Shown one piece after another: positions 1 to 11,052 of a DNA stretch of 64,000 nt. A program made the translations under genes and the position numbers. Position 1 is the first letter of the stretch, and each line of letters begins with the position of its first letter. Below the pieces are notes generated by a model, which worked only from the letters and a program-made list of their open reading frames with translations, was not told the origin of the DNA and did not search any database. The DNA lies in contig CAVXWP010000010.1 in the NCBI GenBank assembly GCA_963765495.1, positions 64,001 through 128,000 of the forward strand, written 5' to 3'. This stretch comes from Blastocatellia bacterium. GTDB lineage: Bacteria > Acidobacteriota > Blastocatellia > UBA7656.

Positions 1-850
1 AACCCGTGTATCCTGAACCGCCAAGCGGCAACTCCCCCGACACATAGACTATATTTTCGCCGACCGGGCGATAGACGGCCATGCGCGGCTGCCCGCCTTT
101 GGCAATCGTCTTTGTCCTGTTGATAAACGAAACGTGAGAAGTAGGCGGCCCCGTAGATATGCGACACGGCATTCCCACCCGTTCGGCCGGCTTTACAAAC
201 AGATCGAGCGCGTTGTCGTTTATCACAAGCGAAGAGACTTCCGCGCCGTAATACCATTGCAGATCGTCCCACTCCCAACCCGAGCCCAACGGCGGCCCCT
301 GAAAATAGCTCTCATCCGCTATGAGATCGCCTTCGACCCGGCGGACGCCCGCGTTTGCGAGTTGCTCGATCAGAGGGTCAAACCCTTTGTAATAATCGCC
401 GTCGTTTAACCTTGCAGCCATGCTGGGGTCGCCTCGTCCGTAAACTATGAGATCGCCCTTGATCGTGCCAGCAGCATCGGGCCTCACGGTTCCATAGAGC
501 GAAGTCTTTATTCGATAATCGCTGCCCAATCGGTCCAGAGCGAGCGCGGCGGTGTAGAGTTTGGCGTTCGAGGCCGGGTTAAAATACTTTCCAGCGTTGT
601 GTTCAAAGAAGACTTTTCCCGTGTCGAGCGAAATTACCTTTATACCCCATGCGGCAGGAGAGAATTGAGGCTGCGAAATTATGGCCGAAATACGCGCTCG
701 AAGCGATTCAAGCGTCTCGGCCTGCTCTGACTTACCGCTTTGCGGGGCCTGTGCAAAAACAGATCCCGGCAGGGTTGAACTCGAAGCAAGTAAGAGCGCA
801 ATAATCGCGCTTATGGAAGAGATGCGTTTGAGTCGTGAGACCATATTCAT
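1..850 (-). CDS. dacB: D-alanyl-D-alanine carboxypeptidase/endopeptidase (PBP4, peptidase S13), 3' end outside the window
   Basis: Not in the ORF track because it runs off the edge. Manual translation from ATG at 850 gives a signal peptide, then FNPASNAKL (SxxK), GDLIVYGRGDPS and GSGWEWDDLQWYYGAEVSSL, typical of PBP4. Confidence 0.88.
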   Translation of the reverse strand, partial: MNMVSRLKRISSISAIIALLLASSSTLPGSVFAQAPQSGKSEQAETLESLRARISAIISQPQFSPAAWGIKVISLDTGKVFFEHNAGKYFNPASNAKLYTAALALDRLGSDYRIKTSLYGTVRPDAAGTIKGDLIVYGRGDPSMAARLNDGDYYKGFDPLIEQLANAGVRRVEGDLIADESYFQGPPLGSGWEWDDLQWYYGAEVSSLVINDNALDLFVKPAERVGMPCRISTGPPTSHVSFINRTKTIAKGGQPRMAVYRPVGENIVYVSGELPLGGSGYTG

Positions 851-957
851 TTGACGCCTGAAGGGTACAGTCAGGATGCGTCTCATCGCAACCGCAAATG
901 CGAGCGCCTGTTGTTAGCGCGTGCTATGAGCGCATGCCATGAGGCAATCTCTCTTAA

Positions 958-995
958 TCTGAGATTTCAAATCTCAAATCTCAAATCTCAAATCC
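958..995. repeat. Heptamer tandem repeat (AAATCTC)x3+ with a short inverted arm
   Basis: TCTGAGATTTC AAATCTC AAATCTC AAATCTC AAATCC; a related palindrome TCTGAGATTTGAAATCTCGGA lies near 38056. Confidence 0.75.
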
Positions 996-1014
996 TGGAT
1001 TGAGGGCCGCTATA

Positions 1015-1611
1015 TCAATTAGTTTTTTCATCCCCGGCAGCTTCTAATGCCCCTTCTACCTCCACTTCGGCGGGCGCGAGAATTGATCTGAGAGCGGCTG
1101 CGGGCAGTGGCGGCAAATTGATCTCTTCCACGCGCCAGCCACTATGTTGCAGCAATCCCTTTAGAGGCGGCTTGCGCTTTGCGCCGCCGATGAGTCGAAT
1201 GGTCGCCCGATCAAATCCTTCTTCCAGAGTGATCTGCTGCCCGCGCGAAGAGGGCACGATTGGAGCAAGCTTGATATAGCGTGTGATCGCTTCCTGACAG
1301 CTTTGCTGGAGCGAGCGGATAGCAACTCCGACCTCGGCATCAGAGTACGGCGACAGATCTTCGGTGAAAAAATCAATCAGCCGCGCGTGGCGCTGCAAAA
1401 GCGCAAGTATCTGCACTGCGCCATCGCTCGGGCTTATCGGTTCCGGCCCGGGTTTCGATTCAGGAGCAAAGGCAGGCGGGGTCATCGCTTCGGGGGCGAG
1501 CGCGGCGGGCAGCGAGATCAATTCCCGGACTACATCTTCGGGTATCTCACCGCTTCCAACAATCGAAAAAAAACATCTGAAAGCATAAGCAAAACGTCTA
1601 CCGATTCCCAT
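1015..1611 (-). CDS. DUF2760-like domain protein
   Basis: GAVQILALLQRHARLIDFFTEDLSPYSDAEVG...GLLQHSGWRVEEINLP matches my recollection of DUF2760. Start moved to ATG 1611, downstream of a GGAGG RBS. Confidence 0.75.
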   Translation of the reverse strand: MGIGRRFAYAFRCFFSIVGSGEIPEDVVRELISLPAALAPEAMTPPAFAPESKPGPEPISPSDGAVQILALLQRHARLIDFFTEDLSPYSDAEVGVAIRSLQQSCQEAITRYIKLAPIVPSSRGQQITLEEGFDRATIRLIGGAKRKPPLKGLLQHSGWRVEEINLPPLPAAALRSILAPAEVEVEGALEAAGDEKTN

Positions 1612-1714
1612 TATGATTTCCTCCTGCACACGGGACCGCACACCCCCCGGTGTCTATCAACAAAAACAAACTCCTATGCTACAGTCTCGCTTGATATTTT
1701 GGCAATCGCCCCTC

Positions 1715-1744
1715 TGGACTTGCTTAAGCCCTATCTGCTAGTAT
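1715..1744 (+). promoter_or_regulatory. Putative sigma70 promoter for the first RRM gene
   Basis: TGGACT-N18-TAGTAT with an extended -10 TG, about 150 nt upstream of ATG 1897. Confidence 0.35.
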
Positions 1745-1896
1745 GAGGCCGGAGAATGGCAGCTATGCGCGCTGTCGTAGTTTTTGATCTTAGGAGCGAC
1801 CTGATCCTCTGTTCGGAGAGCGTTTGATCCGTGTCTAGTTCATCCTCTTTCCCACAAAGCCCTGGAAGTTCCTTTTTAACCCGTTTCAGGAGAAAC

Positions 1897-2244
1897 ATGA
1901 GCAAAAGAATCTATGTAGGGAACCTGTCGTACCAGACGACGGAAGATGATCTAAACAACCTGTTCGAGCAGATAGGCGCGGTTGAATCGGTAAGCCTGAT
2001 AACCGACCGTGACACCGGACGCTCAAAAGGGTTTGGTTTTGTCGAAATGGATGATGAGCTTGCCGAGAAGGCAATTGCGCAACTCAATGGAAGCGAACTC
2101 GATGGCCGGACGCTCACAGTAAATGAAGCGCGACCGCGCACAGAGCGGAGCAATCGCGGCGGCGGCGGCGGCGGTCGCGGCGGCAATCGCGGCGGCGGTC
2201 GCGGCGGATACGGCGGCGGCGGCGGCGGATATAACCGATACTAA
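1897..2244 (+). CDS. RRM RNA-binding protein with Gly/Arg-rich (RGG) tail
   Basis: RNP2 IYVGNL, RNP1 KGFGFVEM, VNEARPR, tail RGGGGGGRGGNRGG; AGGAG RBS before ATG 1897. Confidence 0.93.
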   Translation: MSKRIYVGNLSYQTTEDDLNNLFEQIGAVESVSLITDRDTGRSKGFGFVEMDDELAEKAIAQLNGSELDGRTLTVNEARPRTERSNRGGGGGGRGGNRGGGRGGYGGGGGGYNRY

Positions 2245-2327
2245 CGGGAGGAGATTGCTCGGACTTTCCAGGGCTGAAAGTAAATCACCTCTGTATCCGG
2301 CATACTCCTGTTTGACATTCTTCCAGG

Positions 2328-2382
2328 CTAAAGCAGACCGATGAAAACTGTAACAGCAAAAATCTCTATCGGTCTGCTTTAG
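2328..2382. repeat. Perfect 15-bp inverted repeat (hairpin, possible terminator)
   Basis: CTAAAGCAGACCGAT...ATCGGTCTGCTTTAG downstream of the first RRM gene. Confidence 0.65.
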
Positions 2383-2914
2383 AAAACGACCAGACAATTC
2401 GAGCCGGCAGATGAGTTTTGTCCGTGCAAAAGCGACGGTGAAATGATCTGCCCGAGTTGATTTCAAGAATTAGATCAACCAAGTAAACGTGGATAGATTC
2501 CAACCACTGAACGCCCCCTCGACGAGCATGCAAGCAAACCTGCCGCGCTGGGACCAATTTCAGAAGTCTCACATAGCGTGTATCGAGCGAGCGGCGAATT
2601 TGCTTTTTATAGTTTTTCTCAAATGATAAGCTACAAAGTTCCGGCAACATATCAAGATTTCTGTCAGCGCACACGAGGGGCTGCGAAGGCTAGCTGTGAG
2701 GAATCAGCCCCCGAATCTGCTTCAAATCCTGTGGAGCCCGAACGCAGTCGGAGTCGGAAAGGCCAGGATCAAAAACAGGACCGGTGGTACGGCCCTGTTC
2801 ACCTACAAACTTTTGTACCGCACAGACTCAGGCCTGCCCGCGTCCGGCATGCCGAGCCTGCGGTCAGCTCAAATCGAGTTGAGCTTGCATATCAATTTTT
2901 CAGAAAGGCTAGTG

Positions 2915-3499
2915 ATGGCTGTTCGTCTTTTCGTTGGTAATCTCCCCTACGACACAACCGAAGCGGATTTAAGGGAGCATTTCTCACCGGTCGGCACGAT
3001 TGTCTATGTGTATCTTCCAAAGGACCGTGAGACGGGCAAGCCCCGGGGGTTCGCTTTCGTCGAATTTGATACCCGTACAGAGGCCGAAGAAGCGATTAAA
3101 CGTTTCAACAATCAGCCCTTTAAAGGGAGGCCGATGGCAATCAACGAAGCGCGCGCCAAAGAGGATCGCCCGCGCTCGGCCGTTGCTTCAAGACCCATGG
3201 CCCCCCGCAATGATTGGCAAAACGAGCCGATAATAGACTTACCGCCGGAGGGCGGCGGCAAGCCCAGTCGCAATTTCGGTCCAGATGCCGCGCCTCGTCG
3301 AAAAGGCAAGCAACAACGACCTCAGAAATCGGAACGGGTTCCCAAGGGGCCGCTGCGCGAGCGAAGGGCGGGAGGCATCCTCTTTGACGAAGATGAAAAT
3401 GATTTTGAAAACTTTGAAGAGGATGATAACAGCGGTGAAAACTTCGCCAGTCGCGTAGACGATGACGACGACGAAACCGATTGGGGTGATCGTCGCTGA
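2915..3499 (+). CDS. RRM RNA-binding protein with basic then acidic disordered C-terminus
   Basis: LFVGNLPY, RGFAFVEF, INEARAK; acidic tail DEDENDFENFEEDD. Start set at ATG 2915 rather than 2696. Confidence 0.9.
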   Translation: MAVRLFVGNLPYDTTEADLREHFSPVGTIVYVYLPKDRETGKPRGFAFVEFDTRTEAEEAIKRFNNQPFKGRPMAINEARAKEDRPRSAVASRPMAPRNDWQNEPIIDLPPEGGGKPSRNFGPDAAPRRKGKQQRPQKSERVPKGPLRERRAGGILFDEDENDFENFEEDDNSGENFASRVDDDDDETDWGDRR

Positions 3500-3625
3500 G
3501 ATGCCAGGCCGGCCCTTGCGCCCCTTCTTCGATTTGAAAGGCGGTTGACCTGCGATAGATACGGATGTGTGCCCAAGTAGGGATCATCTCAAACCTTCGC
3601 CCGCTAAATCGCTTATCTGTTGAAT

Positions 3626-3662
3626 AAGGCGAGGACCAGAGGGGATTTCAAGCCCTCGCCTT
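3626..3662. terminator. Hairpin in convergent intergenic region
   Basis: AAGGCGAGG...CCTCGCCTT stem. Confidence 0.4.
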
Positions 3663-4000
3663 TCGCAGTTCCAGAGATAACATATCGAGCGTGGCCGTGA
3701 ACTGCGGCTCTGATTCTAGTATGGAGAGTGGTCAAATTTTCTCCAGAAAATGAATTACCATCTATCTTACATAAAAAATCTTATTTGCCTATCGGGAAAA
3801 ACGAGCGGTCTACCGGGGAAATCCCTAGCCTGAGAACCATCTGGTTCTCAGTTTGGCCTGTCGGGATGAGAAACTACTAATTGCTCTATAAAAAAACATA
3901 ACGTGCTTTGTGGCTTTTCGAGAAAAAATTCATGCAAAGGCGCAAAGTAGGCGAGGATTTCCTGAGAATCATATTGCCCTGTAGCTCAGGTCCCTGTAGC

Positions 4001-4657
4001 TCAGGTCTCTTTCAGCCAGCCTTGCAACAAAGCGTAGCGCACTATATCTGTGCGGCTGCGGAGGTCGAGTTTTTCCATAAAGCGAGTTTTGTGATATTCG
4101 ACCGTCTTGACGCTAATGCCAAGACTTGCGGCTATCTCTTTATTGCTATGTCCCCAGGCGATCAGACGCAGCACCTCGGTTTCGCGCGCGCTCAAGGGCT
4201 TTGCAGTGGTTTTCCCCTTTGCCCGCTGGCGACCGACGAAGTTCTCAACCACGGAGTTTTTAAGCATCGGATCAAGATAGGTGCCGCCTGTCGCCACTAT
4301 ACGAATCGCGTTGATCAACTCTTCGGCGGCAGCCTGTTTGAGCGCGTACCCACGCGCCCCTGCCTGTAGTAATTTCTGCAAGTATCCCTGATCGCTGTGT
4401 CGGGTCAGGGCGAGTATTCGTATATCGGGGTTGGATTGCTTCAATTGACGGGTGGCATCTGCGCCGTTCATCTCAGGCATAGAGACATCCATCACAACCA
4501 CATCAACTCGGGGGCAGTCGCGTATCTGCTTCAGGGCGGTCCTGCCGTCTCCGGCCTGTCCGACAACTTCCATATCCATCTGAGTATTGACAAGCAGCCT
4601 GAGCCCTTCGCGCAAGGCGGCGTGATCATCTACCAGAAAGACGCGCAGCTTTTCCAT
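4001..4657 (-). CDS. NarL/FixJ-family response regulator (REC + LuxR HTH)
   Basis: VDDH, VVVMDVSMP, LSARETEVLRLIAWGHSNKEIAASLGISVKTVEYH. Confidence 0.95.
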   Translation of the reverse strand: MEKLRVFLVDDHAALREGLRLLVNTQMDMEVVGQAGDGRTALKQIRDCPRVDVVVMDVSMPEMNGADATRQLKQSNPDIRILALTRHSDQGYLQKLLQAGARGYALKQAAAEELINAIRIVATGGTYLDPMLKNSVVENFVGRQRAKGKTTAKPLSARETEVLRLIAWGHSNKEIAASLGISVKTVEYHKTRFMEKLDLRSRTDIVRYALLQGWLKET

Positions 4658-4669
4658 AAAGTAGCGGTT

Positions 4670-6688
4670 TCAAACCTGATGCCGCGAGAGTGGGATGCGC
4701 ACAAAGAGTGTAGTCCCCGCGCCGGGTGCGGATTCGATATTGAGCGTTCCGCCGACCTGTGAAACCCGCTCCTGCATACCCAGCAACCCAAGTTTTCGCC
4801 TTATATTTGGGGATTGTTTTATACCGTCAACATCAAACCCGCAACCGTTATCTTCAACGATGGCCAGAATGTGATCATTGCGGCGCTCAAGTATCAGGCT
4901 TGCGCGGCTGGCCTCGGCGTGTTTCAAGATATTGGTCAGCGCCTCCTGCACGATGCGGTAAAGAGTAGTCTCTATGTCGGGCGGCAGCCGGTCACGGTCT
5001 ATGCCCGTACTGTGAAAATCTATGGGAATGCGGTTGCGGTCTGACCACTCACGGATGTGGTTGGTCAGCGCCGTATACAGCCCCAGATCGTCGAGTGTAG
5101 GAGGTCGCAACTCAATCGCCAGACGGTCTACTTCCTTATCGAGTTGCTCTACGATTTTTTGCAATGAATCTATGTGCTCAAAGGATTGCGCAGGCGAGGA
5201 TTCCCTGAACGCGTTCAGCCTTAACATGAGCGCGGCCAGATGTTGTCCCATCTGATCGTGCAATTCGCGAGATATGCGACGGCGCTCTTCTTCCTGAGCA
5301 AAGACGAGTTGCCTGAGTATCTCTCTGCGAGCCTCTTCGGCCCTTTTGCGTTCGGTCACATCGCGCTGATTGCCCCATGCCCGCACCAGAAAACCGTTTT
5401 CTATAATGCCGATCAAATTATTTACCGCGTGCCACGGATTTCCATCCTTATTCAACTCTACCGATTCGGCGTCGGTCAATCTGTACCCGGAACGAATAAA
5501 TGCGCGAAGGTATTCGATGTTTTTTGGTTGCGAAGGGTTTAGAAGATCTCTCAAACTCACCCCAAGAATCTCCGCCGCCTTTGAAAAGCCGTACATACGG
5601 GCCATCGCGTCGTTACATTCGGCCAGATGGCCGTAACGATAGATGAGTTTGATCTGCTCGTCTTCGGATAACTCTATCGATATGGGTTGAGCAGCTTCGA
5701 ATCGCCATATCCCCTCCGAGCTTTGCGCAACAAATGCCCTGTAGCGTTCCTCGCTTTTTCTGAGCGCCTCTTCGGCCTCTCTTCTTTCGGTAATATCTCT
5801 AAGAATGCCGCGAAACCCGACCGCCCGACCCTCTTCCATAATGAGAGAGACCGAAACTTCTATGACACGATAGCTGTCATCTTTTGCCCTGACCTCGTAA
5901 TCGAATCCTCCGGCAGCCTCATGGGTTCTATAGACCCGATTGAAGACGGCAAATACTTTTCGAGCGGTATCAGGGTCTGTGTACTCTCGATAGTTCACGC
6001 CCTTGATCTCCTGCCCGGAGCATCTGAAAATATTGCAGACCGACTGGTTGAAGAAAGTGAAATTGCCTTTAAGGTCAACCTCATAATAGCCGTCCTGAAT
6101 ATTATTGAGTATAGCCCGATATTTCTCTTCGCTTTGTCGCAGGGCCTCTTCGGTTTGCGTGCGTTCGATGATCTCGTTTTGCAATGCGAGATTTGTCTTC
6201 TCAAGATCGGCTGTTCTCTGCCGGATGTGCATCTCCAGATCAAGGTGCGCTTTTCGGCGTTCCTCTTCGATCCGCTTGCGCTCACTCATATCACGATTGA
6301 CGGTCACATATCCGGCGCATTCGCCGTTTTCCCGGCGCAGCGCAATCGTAGTCGCTTCGACATAGACCGGTTCGCCATCCCTGCGATATTGAATGAATTC
6401 CAGCCGGTATCTGCCCGTATCGCGCAAGGCGAGGAGGATCGCCTCCCGGCTTTCCGCGCTCAACTCCGAGCGGAAGAATTCCCTTATATCGCGATTGATA
6501 ACCTCTTCGGCCTTCCAGCCGTACATCTGCTCGGCGGCCAGATTCCAGGCCGTCACCATCATAGACTCGTCAACCGCGATAACCGCGTCGTGTATGTTGT
6601 CCAGCAAATATGCCAGATACCCAATGCGCTCTTCGGCCAGACCAACATGGCTCTGCGCAAAATCATCGCCTACGGCCATAGTATCCAA
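4670..6688 (-). CDS. Soluble multi-PAS sensor histidine kinase (HisKA_3 type)
   Basis: Three PAS/PAC units ending RDMSERK, RDITERR and RDVTERK; EERRRISRELHDQMGQ H-box; QEALTNILKHA, DNGCGF, GLLGMQERV. Confidence 0.94.
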   Translation of the reverse strand: MDTMAVGDDFAQSHVGLAEERIGYLAYLLDNIHDAVIAVDESMMVTAWNLAAEQMYGWKAEEVINRDIREFFRSELSAESREAILLALRDTGRYRLEFIQYRRDGEPVYVEATTIALRRENGECAGYVTVNRDMSERKRIEEERRKAHLDLEMHIRQRTADLEKTNLALQNEIIERTQTEEALRQSEEKYRAILNNIQDGYYEVDLKGNFTFFNQSVCNIFRCSGQEIKGVNYREYTDPDTARKVFAVFNRVYRTHEAAGGFDYEVRAKDDSYRVIEVSVSLIMEEGRAVGFRGILRDITERREAEEALRKSEERYRAFVAQSSEGIWRFEAAQPISIELSEDEQIKLIYRYGHLAECNDAMARMYGFSKAAEILGVSLRDLLNPSQPKNIEYLRAFIRSGYRLTDAESVELNKDGNPWHAVNNLIGIIENGFLVRAWGNQRDVTERKRAEEARREILRQLVFAQEEERRRISRELHDQMGQHLAALMLRLNAFRESSPAQSFEHIDSLQKIVEQLDKEVDRLAIELRPPTLDDLGLYTALTNHIREWSDRNRIPIDFHSTGIDRDRLPPDIETTLYRIVQEALTNILKHAEASRASLILERRNDHILAIVEDNGCGFDVDGIKQSPNIRRKLGLLGMQERVSQVGGTLNIESAPGAGTTLFVRIPLSRHQV

Positions 6689-6790
6689 AACTCAAACTGC
6701 ACGGTTTTCTAAAATCAAGCTTGTGATCACATTTTTATGACAAATTCGCGCCGCAAGTCAAGAAGTGTTGTGCGATACCTGAAAAGAAGT

Positions 6791-6864
6791 TGAACGGGAT
6801 TTACGGAATCTTCAGAATTCTTCCAATTGCGTTTTGAAAAATTTTAATCCCGTAAATCCTGTCA
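6791..6864. repeat. ~75-bp palindromic element, family B (degenerate copy)
   Basis: TGAACGGGATTTACGGAAT...AATCCCGTAAATCCTGTCA; related to copies at 10948 and 60479. Confidence 0.65.
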
Positions 6865-6959
6865 AGAAAATATCGGGTGGCTTTGCCGCTGTCGCGGTTC
6901 CATACTTTGACTCTCGCATGCATCCTAGTATAATTACGCTTTCCGGTCAGTCGGGCAGG

Positions 6960-9230
6960 ATGAATTGTGAGATACATTCGGAGAAACCCACCGTGCAAAT
7001 CCCTGAAGGCCAAACCCCTGAAAGCTGGGAAGAAATCTCTGGGCAGTTAACCAAAGGATTTTCAGAGCTAACAACAGACAAACAACTCATAGACAAGGCG
7101 CTCGGCCTGTTGCGGTCGTGGCTGGATGGTTCTATATATGAGCGACAGCGGGAGGCGGCACTCGCTCATATAGCTTCCGGTAAATATGCTCTCCTGCTCG
7201 ATGCCTTTTATCAACTGGTCCCGTTCGGCACGGGAGGAAGGCGGGGGCGAGTGGGATACGGGCCTAATCGGATCAACGAGGCCACAGTAGCGCTTTCGGT
7301 ACAGGGGCATTGCGATTATCTGAAAAAGGCTTTCCCTTCCACCCCGTCGCCTCTGGTCGTGGCGGCATTCGACACGCGGATTTTTCGCGACATCGCGGGA
7401 GCATACGAATTCCTGGGCTCCGATCACCCGATGCTCGGATTGACTTCGCGCGAACTTGCGCGGCAGGCGTGCGAAATATACGCGGCCAACGGATTCACGG
7501 TCTTTGCGCCACGCCAGGAATCCAAAACATCCTTTCTCGCTACGCCCGAGCTATCGTTTGCCATCAGACATCTGAAAGCCGTCGGCGGGGTCAATATGAG
7601 CGCGTCGCACAATCACCCGGATGACAACGGATTCAAATTCTACAATCATCAGGGCGCTCAGGATATACCGCCCGAGGATGAATACCTCGCCTCTTTTATG
7701 AACGATGTAAAAGAGATTCATCGCCTTCCTTTTGAAGCGGGTGTCGAGCGAGGTTTTATCCGCGTGCTGCCCGATTCCGTGCACGAGGCCTACATACAGA
7801 CCAATCTCGGATTGCAATCGAAGGGGCCGTCTTCAAACGCGCTGATAATTTACACTCCGCTCTCAGGCACGGGCGATTCGACCGTAGGCGACACATTACG
7901 CGCGGCGGGCTACAACATAGAACTATTCAACCCGCACGCAAATTTTGACGGTACATTTTCATCCGTCCCCTTTCGTCTGCCAAACCCCGAAGTGCGCGAG
8001 GCCGCGACTCCAGCTCTCGAAACAGCGGAGGGAAAAGGCGCGTGGATGGTGCTCTCGACCGACCCCGACGCCGACCGCGTAGGCGTTTACGCCCGTACCG
8101 CAGACGGAGAGTGGCGATACCTGACCGGCAACGAGATAGCCATGATTCTGGCCTATTACCTGACGCTCGATAAGAAACGCGGCCCGCAAAAAACCGGCCT
8201 GATCATAAAGACGCTTGTGACCACTCGCGCTCTCGAAAATATAGCTGAAAAGGCCGGGTGCAAGATCGTCTCCGATCTGCTGGTCGGGTTCAAGTATGTG
8301 GCATGGGTGCTTGGCTCGCTTGAGCGGGAAGGGCGGTTCCGAGGCATAGAAGCGCGCCCGGAAGATCTGGTCATTGCGGCAGAAGAGAGTCACGGCATAC
8401 TGCTGACACCTGAGATTTACGACAAGGACGCGGCGGGCGGCGCTCTTATTCTGTCCGAATTGATGACGCAGCTTTATCAGGAAAACATAGGTCTTCCCGA
8501 ATATCTCGACAGCCTGTCAATCGAGTGTGGAAACTATGCCAATGCTGCCGCGTCAATAGTGATGCGAGGCATTCGCGGAACCGAGGCGCTGAAAGAGATG
8601 ATGCGCTCGCTCAGAGCCGAGCCGATAACTTCTCTGGGAGAGTTCCCGGTTTTGAATGTGGTGGATTATCACTCTACGGAAAAATTCGGCCCGTTGAGGA
8701 GCGAAACCGAGCGATTGTCGCGCAACCTGTTGCTCTTCAGACTCGACGGCGCGCAGGTGGTAGTTCGCCCGTCAGGGACCGAGCCAAAGGTCAAGCTCTA
8801 TATAGACGTTGAAGGCAGCAAAATGGTATCGAAGGATGACAGACGCGCGGCTGAAAATCTGGCTCGAAAGATTGGCGGACTTGCCTTCGATGCCTGCATC
8901 GAGCGCATCGGCATAAGGCTTTCTGCCGCCCCTAAGCTCCTGCCCGATCACCTGGACCTCGATCTCAAAAAGGATTTTGATGAAACCTTTGCCCGCGATC
9001 TTGTCGACGCCGCCCCGCGACTTGCTCAAAGCTCCGCCGAGGAAAGGCTTCAATGGCTGAGAAAAAGATTATCGGCTTATGGAGCGGGCGCTGACCCGCT
9101 GGAAGCAACCGACCGCGCCGTGGCCCGCGTATGCAGAACGCTCAAGGAAGAAATGACGGATGAGACGATTCAAAAATTCTTTATCGAATTGGAAGACTTG
9201 CTGATCGAAAATGCAGACACGAATAATTAA
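6960..9230 (+). CDS. Phosphoglucomutase/phosphomannomutase-family phospho-sugar mutase with C-terminal extension
   Basis: FGTGGRRG, SASHNH phosphoserine loop, DPDADR metal loop, AEESHG, VRPSGTEPKVKLY. Start likely ATG 6960. Confidence 0.9.
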   Translation: MNCEIHSEKPTVQIPEGQTPESWEEISGQLTKGFSELTTDKQLIDKALGLLRSWLDGSIYERQREAALAHIASGKYALLLDAFYQLVPFGTGGRRGRVGYGPNRINEATVALSVQGHCDYLKKAFPSTPSPLVVAAFDTRIFRDIAGAYEFLGSDHPMLGLTSRELARQACEIYAANGFTVFAPRQESKTSFLATPELSFAIRHLKAVGGVNMSASHNHPDDNGFKFYNHQGAQDIPPEDEYLASFMNDVKEIHRLPFEAGVERGFIRVLPDSVHEAYIQTNLGLQSKGPSSNALIIYTPLSGTGDSTVGDTLRAAGYNIELFNPHANFDGTFSSVPFRLPNPEVREAATPALETAEGKGAWMVLSTDPDADRVGVYARTADGEWRYLTGNEIAMILAYYLTLDKKRGPQKTGLIIKTLVTTRALENIAEKAGCKIVSDLLVGFKYVAWVLGSLEREGRFRGIEARPEDLVIAAEESHGILLTPEIYDKDAAGGALILSELMTQLYQENIGLPEYLDSLSIECGNYANAAASIVMRGIRGTEALKEMMRSLRAEPITSLGEFPVLNVVDYHSTEKFGPLRSETERLSRNLLLFRLDGAQVVVRPSGTEPKVKLYIDVEGSKMVSKDDRRAAENLARKIGGLAFDACIERIGIRLSAAPKLLPDHLDLDLKKDFDETFARDLVDAAPRLAQSSAEERLQWLRKRLSAYGAGADPLEATDRAVARVCRTLKEEMTDETIQKFFIELEDLLIENADTNN

Positions 9231-9260
9231 TATTCGTGCGACAGGCAAATCCAATTTTGA

Positions 9261-10928
<1,668 letters not shown>

Positions 10929-10947
10929 ACAGGACACCAACATTCAC

Positions 10948-11022
10948 TGACAGGATTAACATGATTTGGTAAGACTAAGAATGAATCTTGCTACATCCCT
11001 TTGAATCCTGTTAATCCTGTCA
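10948..11022. repeat. 75-bp palindromic element, family B
   Basis: TGACAGGATTAACATGATT...AATCCTGTTAATCCTGTCA, between pgm and glgP. Confidence 0.85.
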
Positions 11023-11052
11023 AAAAATTCAGACTGAAAGAAAAACAAGATT

